Of a stretch of DNA of 64,000 nucleotides, positions 9,731 to 21,700 are shown in pieces (position 1 is the first letter of the stretch; every line of letters begins with the position of its first letter). A program made the position numbers and the translations under genes. A model generated the notes under the pieces. That model ran no database searches. It saw only the letters and a list, made by a program, of their open reading frames with translations, and was not told the DNA's origin. Origin of the DNA: a virus (lineage: Duplodnaviria > Caudoviricetes); the IMG/VR virus record IMGVR_UViG_2706795941_000001, positions 10,074 to 74,073 of that record; one strand, written 5' to 3'.

Positions 9731-10221
9731 TGCCTTCAATCGAAGACCCCGGGGATACCTTTTTTCCTTATAACGCGATCAGGGTTATCGAGCTTCGCAT
9801 CGCCGATCTCGTCGCCCCAGACTTGAACTTTCAGCGTCGTCGTGTACACGTCGGTGATCCCGACCAGACGGTTGCCACTGTCCCGGTCGATGCCCAGGTT
9901 TCCAACAGGGAGATCGGACGTGTCGGACCTTCGACAACTGAGTATACGATCTACATTCAGAGCCTCATCATTGATTCGGACATCGAGCGGGGTTTGAGAA
10001 CCCATTCGTTTTTCGCAAAGAAGTTGAGGGATGTGCTTGCATGGGATCGTCTCCTGCATGTAGCATTGGGCCAATTGACCTCAGTGATGGGTCCAGTGAC
10101 AGAGTCGACCACTGAGGTCAGGATCGGCGGCCAGCTGTTCCACAACGTCGAGGACGATGGCAACATGTACTGGCTCAGTACAGCGGACTTGACAATCATC
10201 ACCGAACAGAGATCAAGCTAA
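9727..10221 (+). CDS. Tail terminator-like protein
   Basis: 164 aa between neck and major tail; overlapping start/stop. Confidence 0.55.
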   Translation: MMPSIEDPGDTFFPYNAIRVIELRIADLVAPDLNFQRRRVHVGDPDQTVATVPVDAQVSNREIGRVGPSTTEYTIYIQSLIIDSDIERGLRTHSFFAKKLRDVLAWDRLLHVALGQLTSVMGPVTESTTEVRIGGQLFHNVEDDGNMYWLSTADLTIITEQRSS

Positions 10222-10234
10222 CAAAGGGAGAATC

Positions 10235-10663
10235 ATGCCCAGCGTAGACGAACTGCGGGAACAGGTTCGGGCACGTCGCCAGGAACTTCGTGACGCAACG
10301 CGGGAGCGCCAGGAGCTCGAAATCGAGAAGTCCGCCGACGTTCAGAAGGCGGCACTCGAACGCGAACTCGCATCGCTCGAGACCGACATCGCGTACGAGG
10401 AAGCGGCCAAGATCCTCATTGAGCGCGCCGACGAGTTCAACAAGCCCGCCTCCGACGTGGCGGTCGGAGGCATGGAGCCCAAGGGCTCGCCCGCCTCGGC
10501 CAAGCCCGCCGACAGCGCTCCGGCCACCGACAACACTCCTCCCCCGCCGTCGGTGCCGGACAAGACCGACGACACGGACAAGGCCGACGACACGGATCCG
10601 CTCGCCAGCCTCAACCTGCCGGGCGACTCGTCGGACGACGACGACCAGAAGGAAGGCAAGTAA
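10235..10663 (+). CDS. Hypothetical coiled-coil/acidic protein
   Basis: 142 aa, RBS gggag. Confidence 0.65.
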   Translation: MPSVDELREQVRARRQELRDATRERQELEIEKSADVQKAALERELASLETDIAYEEAAKILIERADEFNKPASDVAVGGMEPKGSPASAKPADSAPATDNTPPPPSVPDKTDDTDKADDTDPLASLNLPGDSSDDDDQKEGK

Positions 10664-10666
10664 GTC

Positions 10667-11686
10667 ATGGGCTTCAATGCACAGCAAGGCGCCATCGCCT
10701 TCAAGACCCAGAGCGCCAAGGGCACTCCGGCAACCAACATGGCGACCGAAGGTATCGCCATGTATCGTACCGGCGGTTCGCTGAGTCCCAACGTCGAGCT
10801 CATGACTCCCGACGCGGAGATCGGCGGGCACCGGGACACAGTCGACGCGCTGCTCGGCCCCATCTCCAACGGTGGCGACCTCGAGTTCTACACCCGCTTC
10901 GAGTCCATCGGCTTTCTCCTGAAGGCTGCCCTCGGTGCGCCGGTCAGCGCAGCCGGGACCGTGAGCGGAACTCACGAGCACGTCTTCACCCCGTCGGACG
11001 CGCAGCTCCTGCCGTTCTTCACCACGTGGGAGCGCATCGGTGCAGGCCTGCAGCGGGTGCAGTACACCGACTGCGTGGTCAACACCCTCTCGCTCGAGTG
11101 CGACCCGGACGGTTACCTCACCGGCTCGGTCGGCATCATCGGCTGCCGTGCGCTGTACGGCGTGCCGGACATCAACGTCCAGCCGATCCTCGACGAGACG
11201 AAGTTCACCGTCGGCTCCAACATCAAGGTCATGCACGCCGGTGCGGACCTGAAGTCCAAAGGCTTCAGCCTGGAGATCAACAACAACTTCGACGACAGCG
11301 ACTTCCGTATGGGCTCGCGGTACATCGAGGATTTGACCCCCGGTCAGCGCGAGGTCACCGGCTCGGTGAATCTGCGGCACGAGAGCGATGCGATCATGCG
11401 CTCGGCTGTCCTCGGCTCCGCGGTCGCCACCACCGCTGGCGGGCTCACCTCCAAGGAGCCGGTCATCATCGAGATCGAGAGCTACGGCGAGATCGACGGC
11501 GCAGCGACGCCGACGACCAACCGCCTCGAGATCGAGTTCCCGAACGTCATCTTCGAACCCTTCGGTTTCGAGCCCTCGGGCGCGGATCAGATCGAGGGTG
11601 ACGTCTCGTGGCGAGCGGTTCGTCCCGAGTTCGGCACGCCGGTTCTCACAGCGACGTTGCTGAACGGACTCGCCGCTCTCCCTTGA
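10667..11686 (+). CDS. Major tail tube protein
   Basis: 339 aa; QYTDCVVNTLSLE, FSLEINNN...REVTGS tail-tube motifs. Confidence 0.85.
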   Translation: MGFNAQQGAIAFKTQSAKGTPATNMATEGIAMYRTGGSLSPNVELMTPDAEIGGHRDTVDALLGPISNGGDLEFYTRFESIGFLLKAALGAPVSAAGTVSGTHEHVFTPSDAQLLPFFTTWERIGAGLQRVQYTDCVVNTLSLECDPDGYLTGSVGIIGCRALYGVPDINVQPILDETKFTVGSNIKVMHAGADLKSKGFSLEINNNFDDSDFRMGSRYIEDLTPGQREVTGSVNLRHESDAIMRSAVLGSAVATTAGGLTSKEPVIIEIESYGEIDGAATPTTNRLEIEFPNVIFEPFGFEPSGADQIEGDVSWRAVRPEFGTPVLTATLLNGLAALP

Positions 11687-11711
11687 TCTTTTCCGGTGCC
11701 TCCGGGAAAGT

Positions 11712-11755
11712 CCGGTCCCGAGTTCCTTGCCAGTGGGGACTCGGGACCGGTTTAT
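11712..11755 (+). terminator. Intrinsic terminator after major tail gene
   Basis: ccggtcccgagttcc / gggactcgggaccgg stem followed by tttat. Confidence 0.65.
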
Positions 11756-11789
11756 AAATGTCAGTAGATAGCCACAGGAAGGGCTCACA

Positions 11790-12389
11790 ATGACAGTTCC
11801 AGTTCCGACTTCGCAGGCTGATCGCACCGCGTTCGATCCCGAAGACGACAAGACACAGCGGACCATCGACCGCATGGCCGAGGCCGGCGAGGTGATCGAA
11901 GAGAAGCGCTTCATCGACTACTTCGCCGAACCCGAGACCCACCTCCACAAGCTGCCCGACGGCGTCCAGTGGTTCGAGTTCCAGGAACTCCGCGAGGGCG
12001 GCAAGGCCAAGTACGAGAAGATCATCAACCGCGAGGGCATAAAGGTCCAGCGCGCCACGGGTGACGCTCGACTTCCGATCGACCCAGCGATCGCGCGGCA
12101 TACGCTGATTCAGCTCGCCGTCACGAACGCCTACATCATCACCACCCAGAACGGTCGACCCGAGCCGTTGCAGTTCCGCATGGGGCCGAACGAGAAGAAC
12201 ACCCGCTTCTGGGAGACCGTCCTCGAGAAGTTCCCGTCGAACCTCATCGACGAACTCCACAAGGAGGTCCAGAAGGTCAACCGCTGGATCGCCGCGGACG
12301 ACGACATCGAGGGTCTCGAGAAGCAGCGTGATGAGCTCGACGAGCGTATTCGCATGGCCCGGGAGGAAGAGGCAAAAAAGGACTCCTGA
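11790..12389 (+). CDS. Tail assembly chaperone (G)
   Basis: 199 aa between major tail and tape measure; ends at slippery A AAA AAG. Confidence 0.85.
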   Translation: MTVPVPTSQADRTAFDPEDDKTQRTIDRMAEAGEVIEEKRFIDYFAEPETHLHKLPDGVQWFEFQELREGGKAKYEKIINREGIKVQRATGDARLPIDPAIARHTLIQLAVTNAYIITTQNGRPEPLQFRMGPNEKNTRFWETVLEKFPSNLIDELHKEVQKVNRWIAADDDIEGLEKQRDELDERIRMAREEEAKKDS

Positions 12390-12673
12390 TCGAGCAGGCG
12401 GAGGACTTCGTACGGGGCCGTCAGGTCCAGAACCCTCACCCTATTCTCCTGATCTACCAGAGACTGGAGACATGGAACTGGAATCTTCCGTACGTTCAGG
12501 GTGGCCTCGCCGATCAGGACGTGATGCTCCTTCGTGGCATTGACATAATCGCTTCTGCGAAAGCAAGGTTCGAGCGCGAAGAACAGAAGCGACAAGAGGC
12601 AGCAACAAAGACGAAGAACCCTACCGCCTCTAAGGGTACCCGCCCCGCAGGGCGGCGCGGTCGTCGTCGATAA
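11790..12673 (+). CDS. Tail assembly chaperone GT via -1 frameshift at 12374-12380
   Basis: -1 frame reads GLLIEQAEDF...LPYVQGGLADQD...RRR to TAA 12671-12673; LP..GG..DQ is typical of T domains. Confidence 0.8.
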
Positions 12674-12677
12674 CTCG

Positions 12678-12722
12678 CAGCGAGGGTAGTGCTTGATTGC
12701 ACTGCCCTCGCTGTGTATTATA
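12678..12722 (+). terminator. Hairpin before tape measure; overlaps a possible promoter
   Basis: cagcgagggtagtgc / gcactgccctcgctg, then tgtatta; TTGATT loop-17 bp-TATTAT. Confidence 0.55.
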
Positions 12723-12786
12723 CCCAGTCATCCCCTACGGACACTTGAGGTCCACCTGCACAGTACCTTAAGGTCTGGAGTGTTTA

Positions 12787-15700
12787 GTGCTTACTACTGA
12801 TATGATCATCGCGATTCACGCGAGGACAGCTCAGGCGCAGCGTCAGCTGGCACAGATGCAGGGGCAGCTCAAGGCACTCGAACGCGCTGGCATAGACTCA
12901 ACCAACTCGGTGGGTCGCTCCGTCAATGGTCTCGATCGAACCAGTGAACGGGCACGCGCGAACTCGAACAAGCCCTGGTTCTCGCAGATGCGAGCGAGTG
13001 GTTCTCAGATTCAATGGGTAGGCAGGCAGATGTCTGTCGGCCTGACTCTGCCATTGATCGGCGCGATGGCAATGGGTACCAAGTTCGCTCTCGACTTCGA
13101 GAAGAACATGACCCGTGTGTCCAAGGTCTATGGTGACTCTGCGCTGGAGATCTCTCTCGGCAGCAAGGGCATGCAAGAGGAAGTCGACGCCCTGGGCCGC
13201 GCGTTCGTGGAGCTTGGAAACAAGTACGGGCAGAGCGCCTCCGATGTAGCGGAGATCGGCTCCTCCTGGGCGGCTGCCGGTAGCTCGGGTCGCGCACTCG
13301 CGAAGCAGACCGAGCTCACCATGCAGACCATGGTACTCGGCGAGATGACAGCAGCCGAGGCAACGGAAGCGCTCATCTCGATCCAGGCCCAGTGGGGTGT
13401 GGTCACCGAGTCCAACCAGGACAAGATCGAGGCTGCAGGTGGTGCGGTTAGGAACCGCGCCAAGGATGAGATGAGTCTCACCAATATCCTGCGCCAGCTG
13501 AACGCGGTCGAGAACGAGACCGGCGCCAGAATGCAGGACCTCGTCAAGGGTTACCAGCGCGCATCGGGCACCGCCCGGTCGGCAGGCGTAGAAACTGGCG
13601 AGCTTGCTGCAATGATCGCGGCGTTGGTGCCCGCCGCCGGTGGTGCCGCCGAAGCAGGAACCGCCCTGCGTACCATGCTCAACCGCGTGATGACCCCGAT
13701 GAACGACGCCAAGGAAGTCTTGGCGATTATGAACATCGACGTCACAAAGTCTGCGTGGGTTACCAAGTCTGCGACCGAGCGCCTTCAGGAGATGGCGAAC
13801 AGCTTCCACAAGTTGACTGGCCCTCAACAGCAGTGGCTCGGCTTCGTGATCGCCGGTCGCTGGCACGTCAACCGCTTCATGATCTTGATGAACGCGATGG
13901 CGAACGCCAACAGCTACTACGGCAAGACTCTCAAGACGCTTGGAGAACAGGCGCGTGTCACCCGCATCGCAGAGCGAGAGCTCGAAGCTGTTCTGAAGTC
14001 GAACCCGCAGCGTATGAAGCAGGCGGGCGCGATCATCCAGAACTCGCTGATGAAGGCTATGATCCCGCTTGTTCCGATGATCACGCAGGTCGCACTGTGG
14101 TTTGGCAAGCTGGCGAACGCCTTCGCGGAGATACCTCCGCACATCAGGACGACTATCCTCGCCGTCGCCCTCTTCCTGGGTGTGCTCGGCCCACTGATCA
14201 TCTTCCTTGGAATGATCAAGCTCTCGATCGGCATGCTCGCACCTGCGTTCATCGCCATGGCGAAGTTCGTTCTGCTGCCACTCAAGCCCTTCATGATGAT
14301 GTTCGCCCTCGTAGGCAAGGGTTTGACTGCGCTGCCTATCGCTGCGATCGCCTCGGCCAGGGGTATGCTGCTCGGCTTCATGTTTATGATCAAGAGTGTT
14401 GCCATGGTCGGCGCTGCCGTCGGCATGGTCGCTCCGATCGTGTCTACTGCACTGGGCATGGCGGCGACCGCCATCGTGGCCTGGGCTCCGACGGTCGCAG
14501 CTCTGCCAGCCATGATCGCGCTTGCGGTTGGCAAGATCGCGCTCGTTGTCGATGCACTCATGGCACTCATGAGGTTCCGCGTCACCGCCGGAATGGCAGT
14601 GATCACCACACTCTTTGCAGCTGGGCCGATCGCCTGGCGCACAGCTTTGGCGGTCTCGACCGGCGGCATCGCGCTAGTTATGGATGCACTCATGGTGCTC
14701 CTGCGCGTGCGACTGGTCGCCTGGTTCGCTGCAACCAAGGCACTGTTCTTCGCTGGCCCGATCGCCTGGGCTGCGGCAATGCGTACCGGCATGGCAGCTG
14801 TGTACGCCTTCATGGTCGCTGGGCTTGCTGCCAAACTGACAGCTACTCGCGTATGGGCTGTTGCATCTGCGCTGATACATAAGATTCACTGGGCCACGGT
14901 TGTAGGTATCGCCAAGGCTGGCATGATTGCCCTGGTGACTAATGTTCGCAAGCTCGCGCCACTCCTGCTCAAGGCATTTGCCAGTCCGTGGGTCTTGGCA
15001 ATCGGCGCAGTCGTTCTTATCCTGACGCTCTTCAAGGATCAGGTCAAGGTCGCGATCACCAACGTGGTCGACTACTTCCGCAACCTTCCCGCCGGTATCA
15101 AGCAGGGCCTCGCCCCGATCGGTCGCATGTTCACTGCGATCAAGAACGGTATCCTCAAGGCATTCAACGCACTGCCCGAGGGTATCAAGAACGCAATGCT
15201 TGCCGTCATCAACGTGGTCAAGGCCGCGGCGATGGCAGTGTACCGACTGTTCAGTTACCTGAACCCCTTCGCCCGCCACTCCCCCTCCCTGGTCGAGAAC
15301 GTCACCAACGGTATGGCAGTGGTGAACGATCAGTTCGCCAACAGCGCTCGGGTTGCCGAGTCCAACATCAACCGCATCCACTCTGCAATTAAGTCTCTGC
15401 AGGGTGCGGGTGCGGGTATGGTGACTGCCAACGATCAGGCGAAGGACGCAGAGTTCCGTGGCAATGCGGCCAAGGCCGGTGGCGCTAGTGCCCTGCCTCA
15501 GTACGACACACTGAATCGCCAGGTCGCCGAGAGCAAGCGTGCTCTCGAGTCCATGAACACTGCGATCGAGGCGCAGGAAGCCAAGGTCGAATCGGTTCAG
15601 AAGTCGATCAAGCGATACGATCAGACAATCAAGGAGATGAACAAGAGCCTGGAGACCACGAAGGCCATCCAGGCCAGCGTGGGTGACGCGCTGGATTCAG

Positions 15701-18700
15701 CGAAGGCTCGATTCGATCGCTACTCGAACGCGCAGGTCGCGGGCTACGGCGCAGCCGAGGATGCCATCTTCGCAAACGAGTTGGCACAGAAGCGACTGCA
15801 ACTTCAGATCAAGCGGATGGAATCTGCCGCCGGTGGAGTGGACAGTGTAACCGACTCGTACGCTAAGCTCCAGGGGCAGATCGAAATGCTCCAGGGCAAG
15901 CAGGCGGAGCTGCGTGCCGGTGGCGCGGGGTCTGACATTCTCGGACCTTACGACGACATGATCGGCAAGCTCAAGTCGGAGCAGGGTGCGCTCGGCAGCG
16001 GCAACACTGGACCCGGTGCGGCCATCGCGCAGCTCACCACGCAGCTTGAAGCACTGCAGCGCCAGGCTGAGATCATGGACTTGGAGAAGGCGCTCAAGTT
16101 CGATTCGCTGAACCGTAGCATTGAGAAGTTCAAGTCGAACACCGAGGAACTCTCCTACGGCGAGATCATGAACGGTCTCGACTCGTCTCGCAACTCGGTC
16201 AACGCACTGTCCCTTGCGTACGATAGCCTCGGCTATCAGCTCAAGGGTCAGGAATACCAGATCGCACAGGTTGAAGCTGCGCGCGCCGCGATGCAGGATC
16301 AGTACGACCTGGAGAACGACAAGCTCTCGATCATGAAGGAGAGCTACGACGCTGTCGAGGAGTCGATCCGGGCTGGCGAGCAGGCCATGCAGGACTTCTC
16401 CAGTGCGATCGACGAGACAATCCAGCGCCAGGAAGCGCTCGAGCGTGCGCAGGAAGCTGCTAAGAAGAAAAAGAAGAAGGGTGGAGCTGCGGGCTCGGAG
16501 GATGAGTACACCGCAGCCATGGGCTTTGAGGATGCTGGTCAAGCGGACTTCGCCATCCCCGGCAGCTCGAACGCCATCATGCGCGAAGGCGGCATGGGTA
16601 ACCAGGCCGGCGAGATCGACGCATTCACGGACAACCTTCAGAAGTCCATCGAGGAGTCCCTCGGTGGAATGAACCCCTTCGCCCCGGTCATGGCGGCGTG
16701 GGATCGGACCAAGCAGTGGTTCTCGCAGAACGTTGCCCCCGTCGGTCGTACTGTCGGTGCGATGTTCCAGGGTATCGGCAAGTCCATCCAGGCGGGGTTC
16801 AACGGCGGCGAGCCTGCCGTCGATGCACTCACACGCGCGTTCGCCGAGGGGCGAATGGGGATAGACGAGTACAAGAAGAGGTTGGGCGAACTCGGGGCGG
16901 ACACCTCTACCCAGGGAATCCTAGCACGACTGAAGGAAGGCGTCGAGGAGAAGGACAACGTCTTCTACAAGATCGGTCAGTGGGTTCAGCAGGCTTGGGA
17001 GAAGATCGAAGGATTCGGAAAGCTCGCTGGCGACTTCCTTGGTAAGCTGTTCGGACCCGACCTCAAGTCCACCCTGGTCATCATCAAGGACGGCCTCTAT
17101 GAGATCTGGACAAAGGCGTCCGGCCCACTCAATGAACTCAAGGATTCCCTCGGGCCGTTCCTCAAGATGGTTGGCGAGCTCGCCGTCATCGTGGGTGGCG
17201 CACTCCTCATGGCGTTCGAGGTTGTCTGGGAGATGCTCAACGGAGCGCTCGGACCCGCCTTCAGTTTCATCGCCGACCTCATCGGTAGTCTGATCCTGGT
17301 CATCACCGGCATCGTCAAGGTGATCACCGGCGCATTCAACATCGTACTCGGTACGGTGAAGCTGATCTTCAGCATCTTCAAGGGCGTGTTTACGTTCATC
17401 AAGGGGCTGTTCTCCGGCGACATCGACATGTCCGGCTTCGAGGGTGTGGGTGCAGCACTTAAGCAGATCTTCGTTGACGGCATCGGCAAGGCGCTCGGCG
17501 GTCTGTGGAGTGTCGTCAAAGGCATCTGGGACGCGATCATTAGCCTATTCAAGAACGCAGCCAAGATCGTTTGGAACGTGGTCTACGGTTTCGTCAAGGG
17601 CATCATCGACTTCTTCAAGACCCTGTGGGACGTGCTCGTCGGGCACTCGATTGTGCCTGACACGATCAACTCGATCATCGACTGGTTCAAGGAATTGCCC
17701 GGCAAGCTCCCCGGCATCGTGTGGGGAGTCATAACCAAGGTCATCGGGTTCTTCCTGAAGCTGCCCCTGATGATCGGCAAGGCACTGCTCACCCTCGGCG
17801 GGTTCCTGTTCAATGCCTTCATCACAGCTATGGCGTGGTTGCTGCCGAAGCTCCCGGGCATGATCTGGAACGTCATCAAGTTCTTTGCGACGTTGCCGTT
17901 CAAGATCATCGCCGCACTCGCCGGGTTCGGCATGAAGCTGCTGGGCTGGATCGGGCAGGCCATCTCCTGGTTGGTCCCACAGCTCCCCGGCATCATCTGG
18001 AACCTGATCACATTCTTTGCAACCCTGCCGTTCAAGATCCTCGGCGCACTCGGTGGCCTCGGACTCAAGCTGCTCGGCTGGATTTGGGATGCGATCAGCT
18101 GGCTCGTACCTCAGTTGCCAGGAGCCATCTGGAATATCATCAAGTTCTTTGCTACCCTGCCATTCAAGATCATCGGAGCTCTCGTCGGGTTCGGTGGACA
18201 GCTATTCGAGTGGGCCAAGGGCGCATTCATGTGGCTGCTTAGCCAGCTCCCCGGAATCGTCCAGGGTGTGATCGACTTCGCCAAGGAGATTCCGGGTAAC
18301 TTCATTCGAGGCCTCGGAGTCATCGGCAAGTTCCTGTGGGAGTGGATGAAGAAGGGCTGGGACTTCCTGGTCAACGAGCTCCCCGGCATTGTCGCAGGCT
18401 TCCTAAAGTGGATCGCAGGCATTCCGGGAATGCTGCTCGGCAAGCTCGGCGACGGCACCAAGGTGCTTTACAGCTACGGTAAAGACATCATCCAGGGCTT
18501 GATGAATGGCACCAAGGAGCTTCTCAAGAAGCTCGGTAGCTGGTTCCTTGAGCAGGTTCCTGACTGGATCGAGAAGCCGTTCAAGCAAGCTCTTGGCATC
18601 GAGTCTCCGTCGAAGGTGTTCGCTGGCTACGGCCAGAACATTGGCGAGGGCTTGATCCTCGGCATCGACAGCATGCAGCGCCAGGTCGAGCAGGCGTCGG

Positions 18701-21700
18701 TTGGGATCGCGGCGGCGGCAGACAAGGGCGAGGTCGCAGGCATGGCGATCTCGGCGGTTGCTGACACTTCGTCGGTGGGTGGCTCGGTGTCCGAACTAGG
18801 GTCCGCCGTTGCAGCAAACGGCCCGGTGGGGGTCGATGCGGCGGTGTCCCCGACCGCCGACGTGGCCGCGTTGCAGGCTGACCTAGACGCTGCGAAAGCC
18901 ATCTTCGATGCATTCGCAGCCGAGATGGAATCCAAGTCGGCGGTGTTCGCTGCGACCATCAGCGCCTCGTTCGGTGCGATGTCCTCGAACGCAAGCGCCT
19001 CGATGACTAACATCTCGGGCGTGGGCGTCAGCTCGTTCACGGCACTGCAGACCAGCGTGGTCACGATCGTCACCACCATGGTGACCACCGTGAATGGTCA
19101 GCTGCAGCTGTTGATCAGCTATGTCACCTCGTTTGGTACATCGTTCACCGCCGCATGGAACGCAGCGTGGACAGCTTGGATGAGCCAGACCACGACCTCG
19201 GTCGACCACACGGTGAACGAGTGGACCCGCATGGCGACGGGTATGCAGTCGACTCTGGACAACAGCATCCGACCCATGTTCGATGAGATGAAGCTCATGC
19301 TCACCGAACTGGAGGAAGCCTACACCAGCACTGTCAACAACGTCGGTACTACCTGGGACGGCATCAAGGAAAAGACTGCAGCCCCCGCTCGATTCGTCAT
19401 CAACGACGTCTACAACACAGGCCTGCGCGGTGCGTGGAACAAGTTCAACGAGATGCTTGGCATCGAAGCGTTGCCCGAGTTCACCGCTTCGTTCCGCGAG
19501 GGTGGTCCGGTCTGGGGTCCGGGCACCGGGACCAGCGATAGCATCAACGCGAAGCTCTCGCGCGGTGAGCACGTCATCACCGCAGCAGAGGTCCGGGCGG
19601 CGGGCGGCCACGCGGCCATCGAGGCGCAGCGTCAGTACTGGCGAAGTGGCGGTGGCTACGATGGAGCTATCCAGGCCTTCCGCAACGGCGGTGCAGTGGG
19701 CGAGGGCAAGGCCCGTAGCAATCTGCCATTGAAGAAGGCGAACTCGAACGCCTACATCACCACGCCTATGCAGCAGGCAATGTGGGACGCAGTTTCGACA
19801 GCGTTCCCGAACATCGCATTGCACTCCGGTACTCGTACATTCGAGACTGGTGCAGGTTTCGATAATCACATGCAGGGGCGCGCGCTCGACCTGAGCCCGA
19901 TCCCGGAAGCCGCCAAGTGGATTTACGAGATGAACAAGAAGCAGCCGGTCCTCGAGCTGATCTTCTGGCCGACCACGCTGCACCCGACCAACCTGCACAG
20001 TGGTGCCCCGCTCGACTACGGCGCCGCGACCAACGCTCAGCACATGGACCACGTCCACTGGGCGATGAACTCGATGGTTGATAACGAGGGCAAGGTCGTC
20101 TCCATGGTCGGCCCTGGTGACGCGATCAACCCTGTCAACTACGTGAAGCTGATCGAAGACGCATTCAAGGAGTTCAAGAAGACTGCGCTCGAAGCTGATC
20201 CGAAGTTCAAGGGTGGCATTGGACAGTGGCCTCCGAAGTCTGTCGATCACGGCATGAAGGCTGTCGATTACCTCCGTCCGTTCGCGGAGAAGCTGCAGAC
20301 GAACTACAGCAGCGGCAACCAGGGTAATATTCCTTACAACCTGACTGCCGGTGTCGAGCAGTGGCGTGACCTTGCAAAGAAGATGCTCATAATGCAGGGC
20401 GAGTCGGTCACGTACGTCGATCGACTCCTCATGCAGATGCAGTCGGAGTCCGGCGGTAACCCGAACGCGATCAACCTGTGGGACGAGAATGCAGCAAGGG
20501 GCACCCCGTCCAAGGGCCTCATGCAGGTCATCGACCCGACCTTCCAGGCCAACCGAGATCCGCGTCTGCCGAACAACGTCTGGGATCCTGCAGCCAACAT
20601 CGCGGCTTCGATTCGCTACACGCGAGGTCGGTACGGTTCACTGTCGGCTTGGTCCGGAGTCGGCTACGACGCTGGCGGTATCCTGCCCCCCGGCTTCACA
20701 CTGGCCAACAATCAGACCGGCGGACCTGAGGCCATCCTCACGGATGCGCAGTGGAGCGCGATGTACACTGCAGCTGCGAACTCGAATCAGCTGGAGCCCG
20801 AAGATGTTCAGCACGCCATGGAGCAGGCGAACAAGAATACGGGCAACACTGCCGACAAGCAGGCTGCGGCAATCATCAAGGGCATGGACGTGTGGCAGCG
20901 TGCGTGGACTCCGGAGGTGTTCGACGCAACCGACAAGGTTGCAGACGCGGCCGACAAGGTTGCAGCCTCGACAGAGACCCAGGCTGCTGGCACGGTTCTG
21001 CTGAGCAAGAGCATTGGCAAGTACAACGACGAGATCGCTGCACTGTCGAAGTTGCTCAACGCAGTGTCCACCGCTGCGATGGCGAGCACCAAGGTGACCA
21101 TCACCTACGACGAGCAGGGCAACCAGCAGTCGGTCAACAACCCGAACCAGAAGACCGACAAGAATGGCAAGCCGATCTTCACTGTGGATCAGCCGACATT
21201 TTCGACCTGGGCTCCAGTGTTCGACGCAGTTGCCGGACTTCTGGAGACCATGCCGTACGCCGAGCGTGACTGGGCTGCAGACAACCCGGTGCCCGGCGAG
21301 TCGCAGACGCAGCGTAAGCTGCGTGAAGCACAGAACATGCTGGTTAACTTCGGCAAGGGTAGCTACAACGTACTCAAGGAGGTCGGACCTCCGCTGCTGC
21401 GCCACACCGGCATCATCGGCTCTGCAGTGGAGAAGCTGATCCAGGAAGATGGCACGGCTTGGACCACCGCGATCGGTATGATCGCAACTGGCAACCAGGC
21501 CGGATGGGCTATCATCATTCCGCTCGCACTCAAGACGGTTGGCACTTTGTTGCCATTGATCTTGTCCGCGATCCTTGATATAGTCCCAGCGTTGATCCGA
21601 GCGATCGTACGGTTCCTCACCCAGTTCATGCCTGACTCGGTGTACGCCTACGCAGATATGGCCGCAGCCGAGGCTGCTGTTCAGAACCAGCAGGACACCG

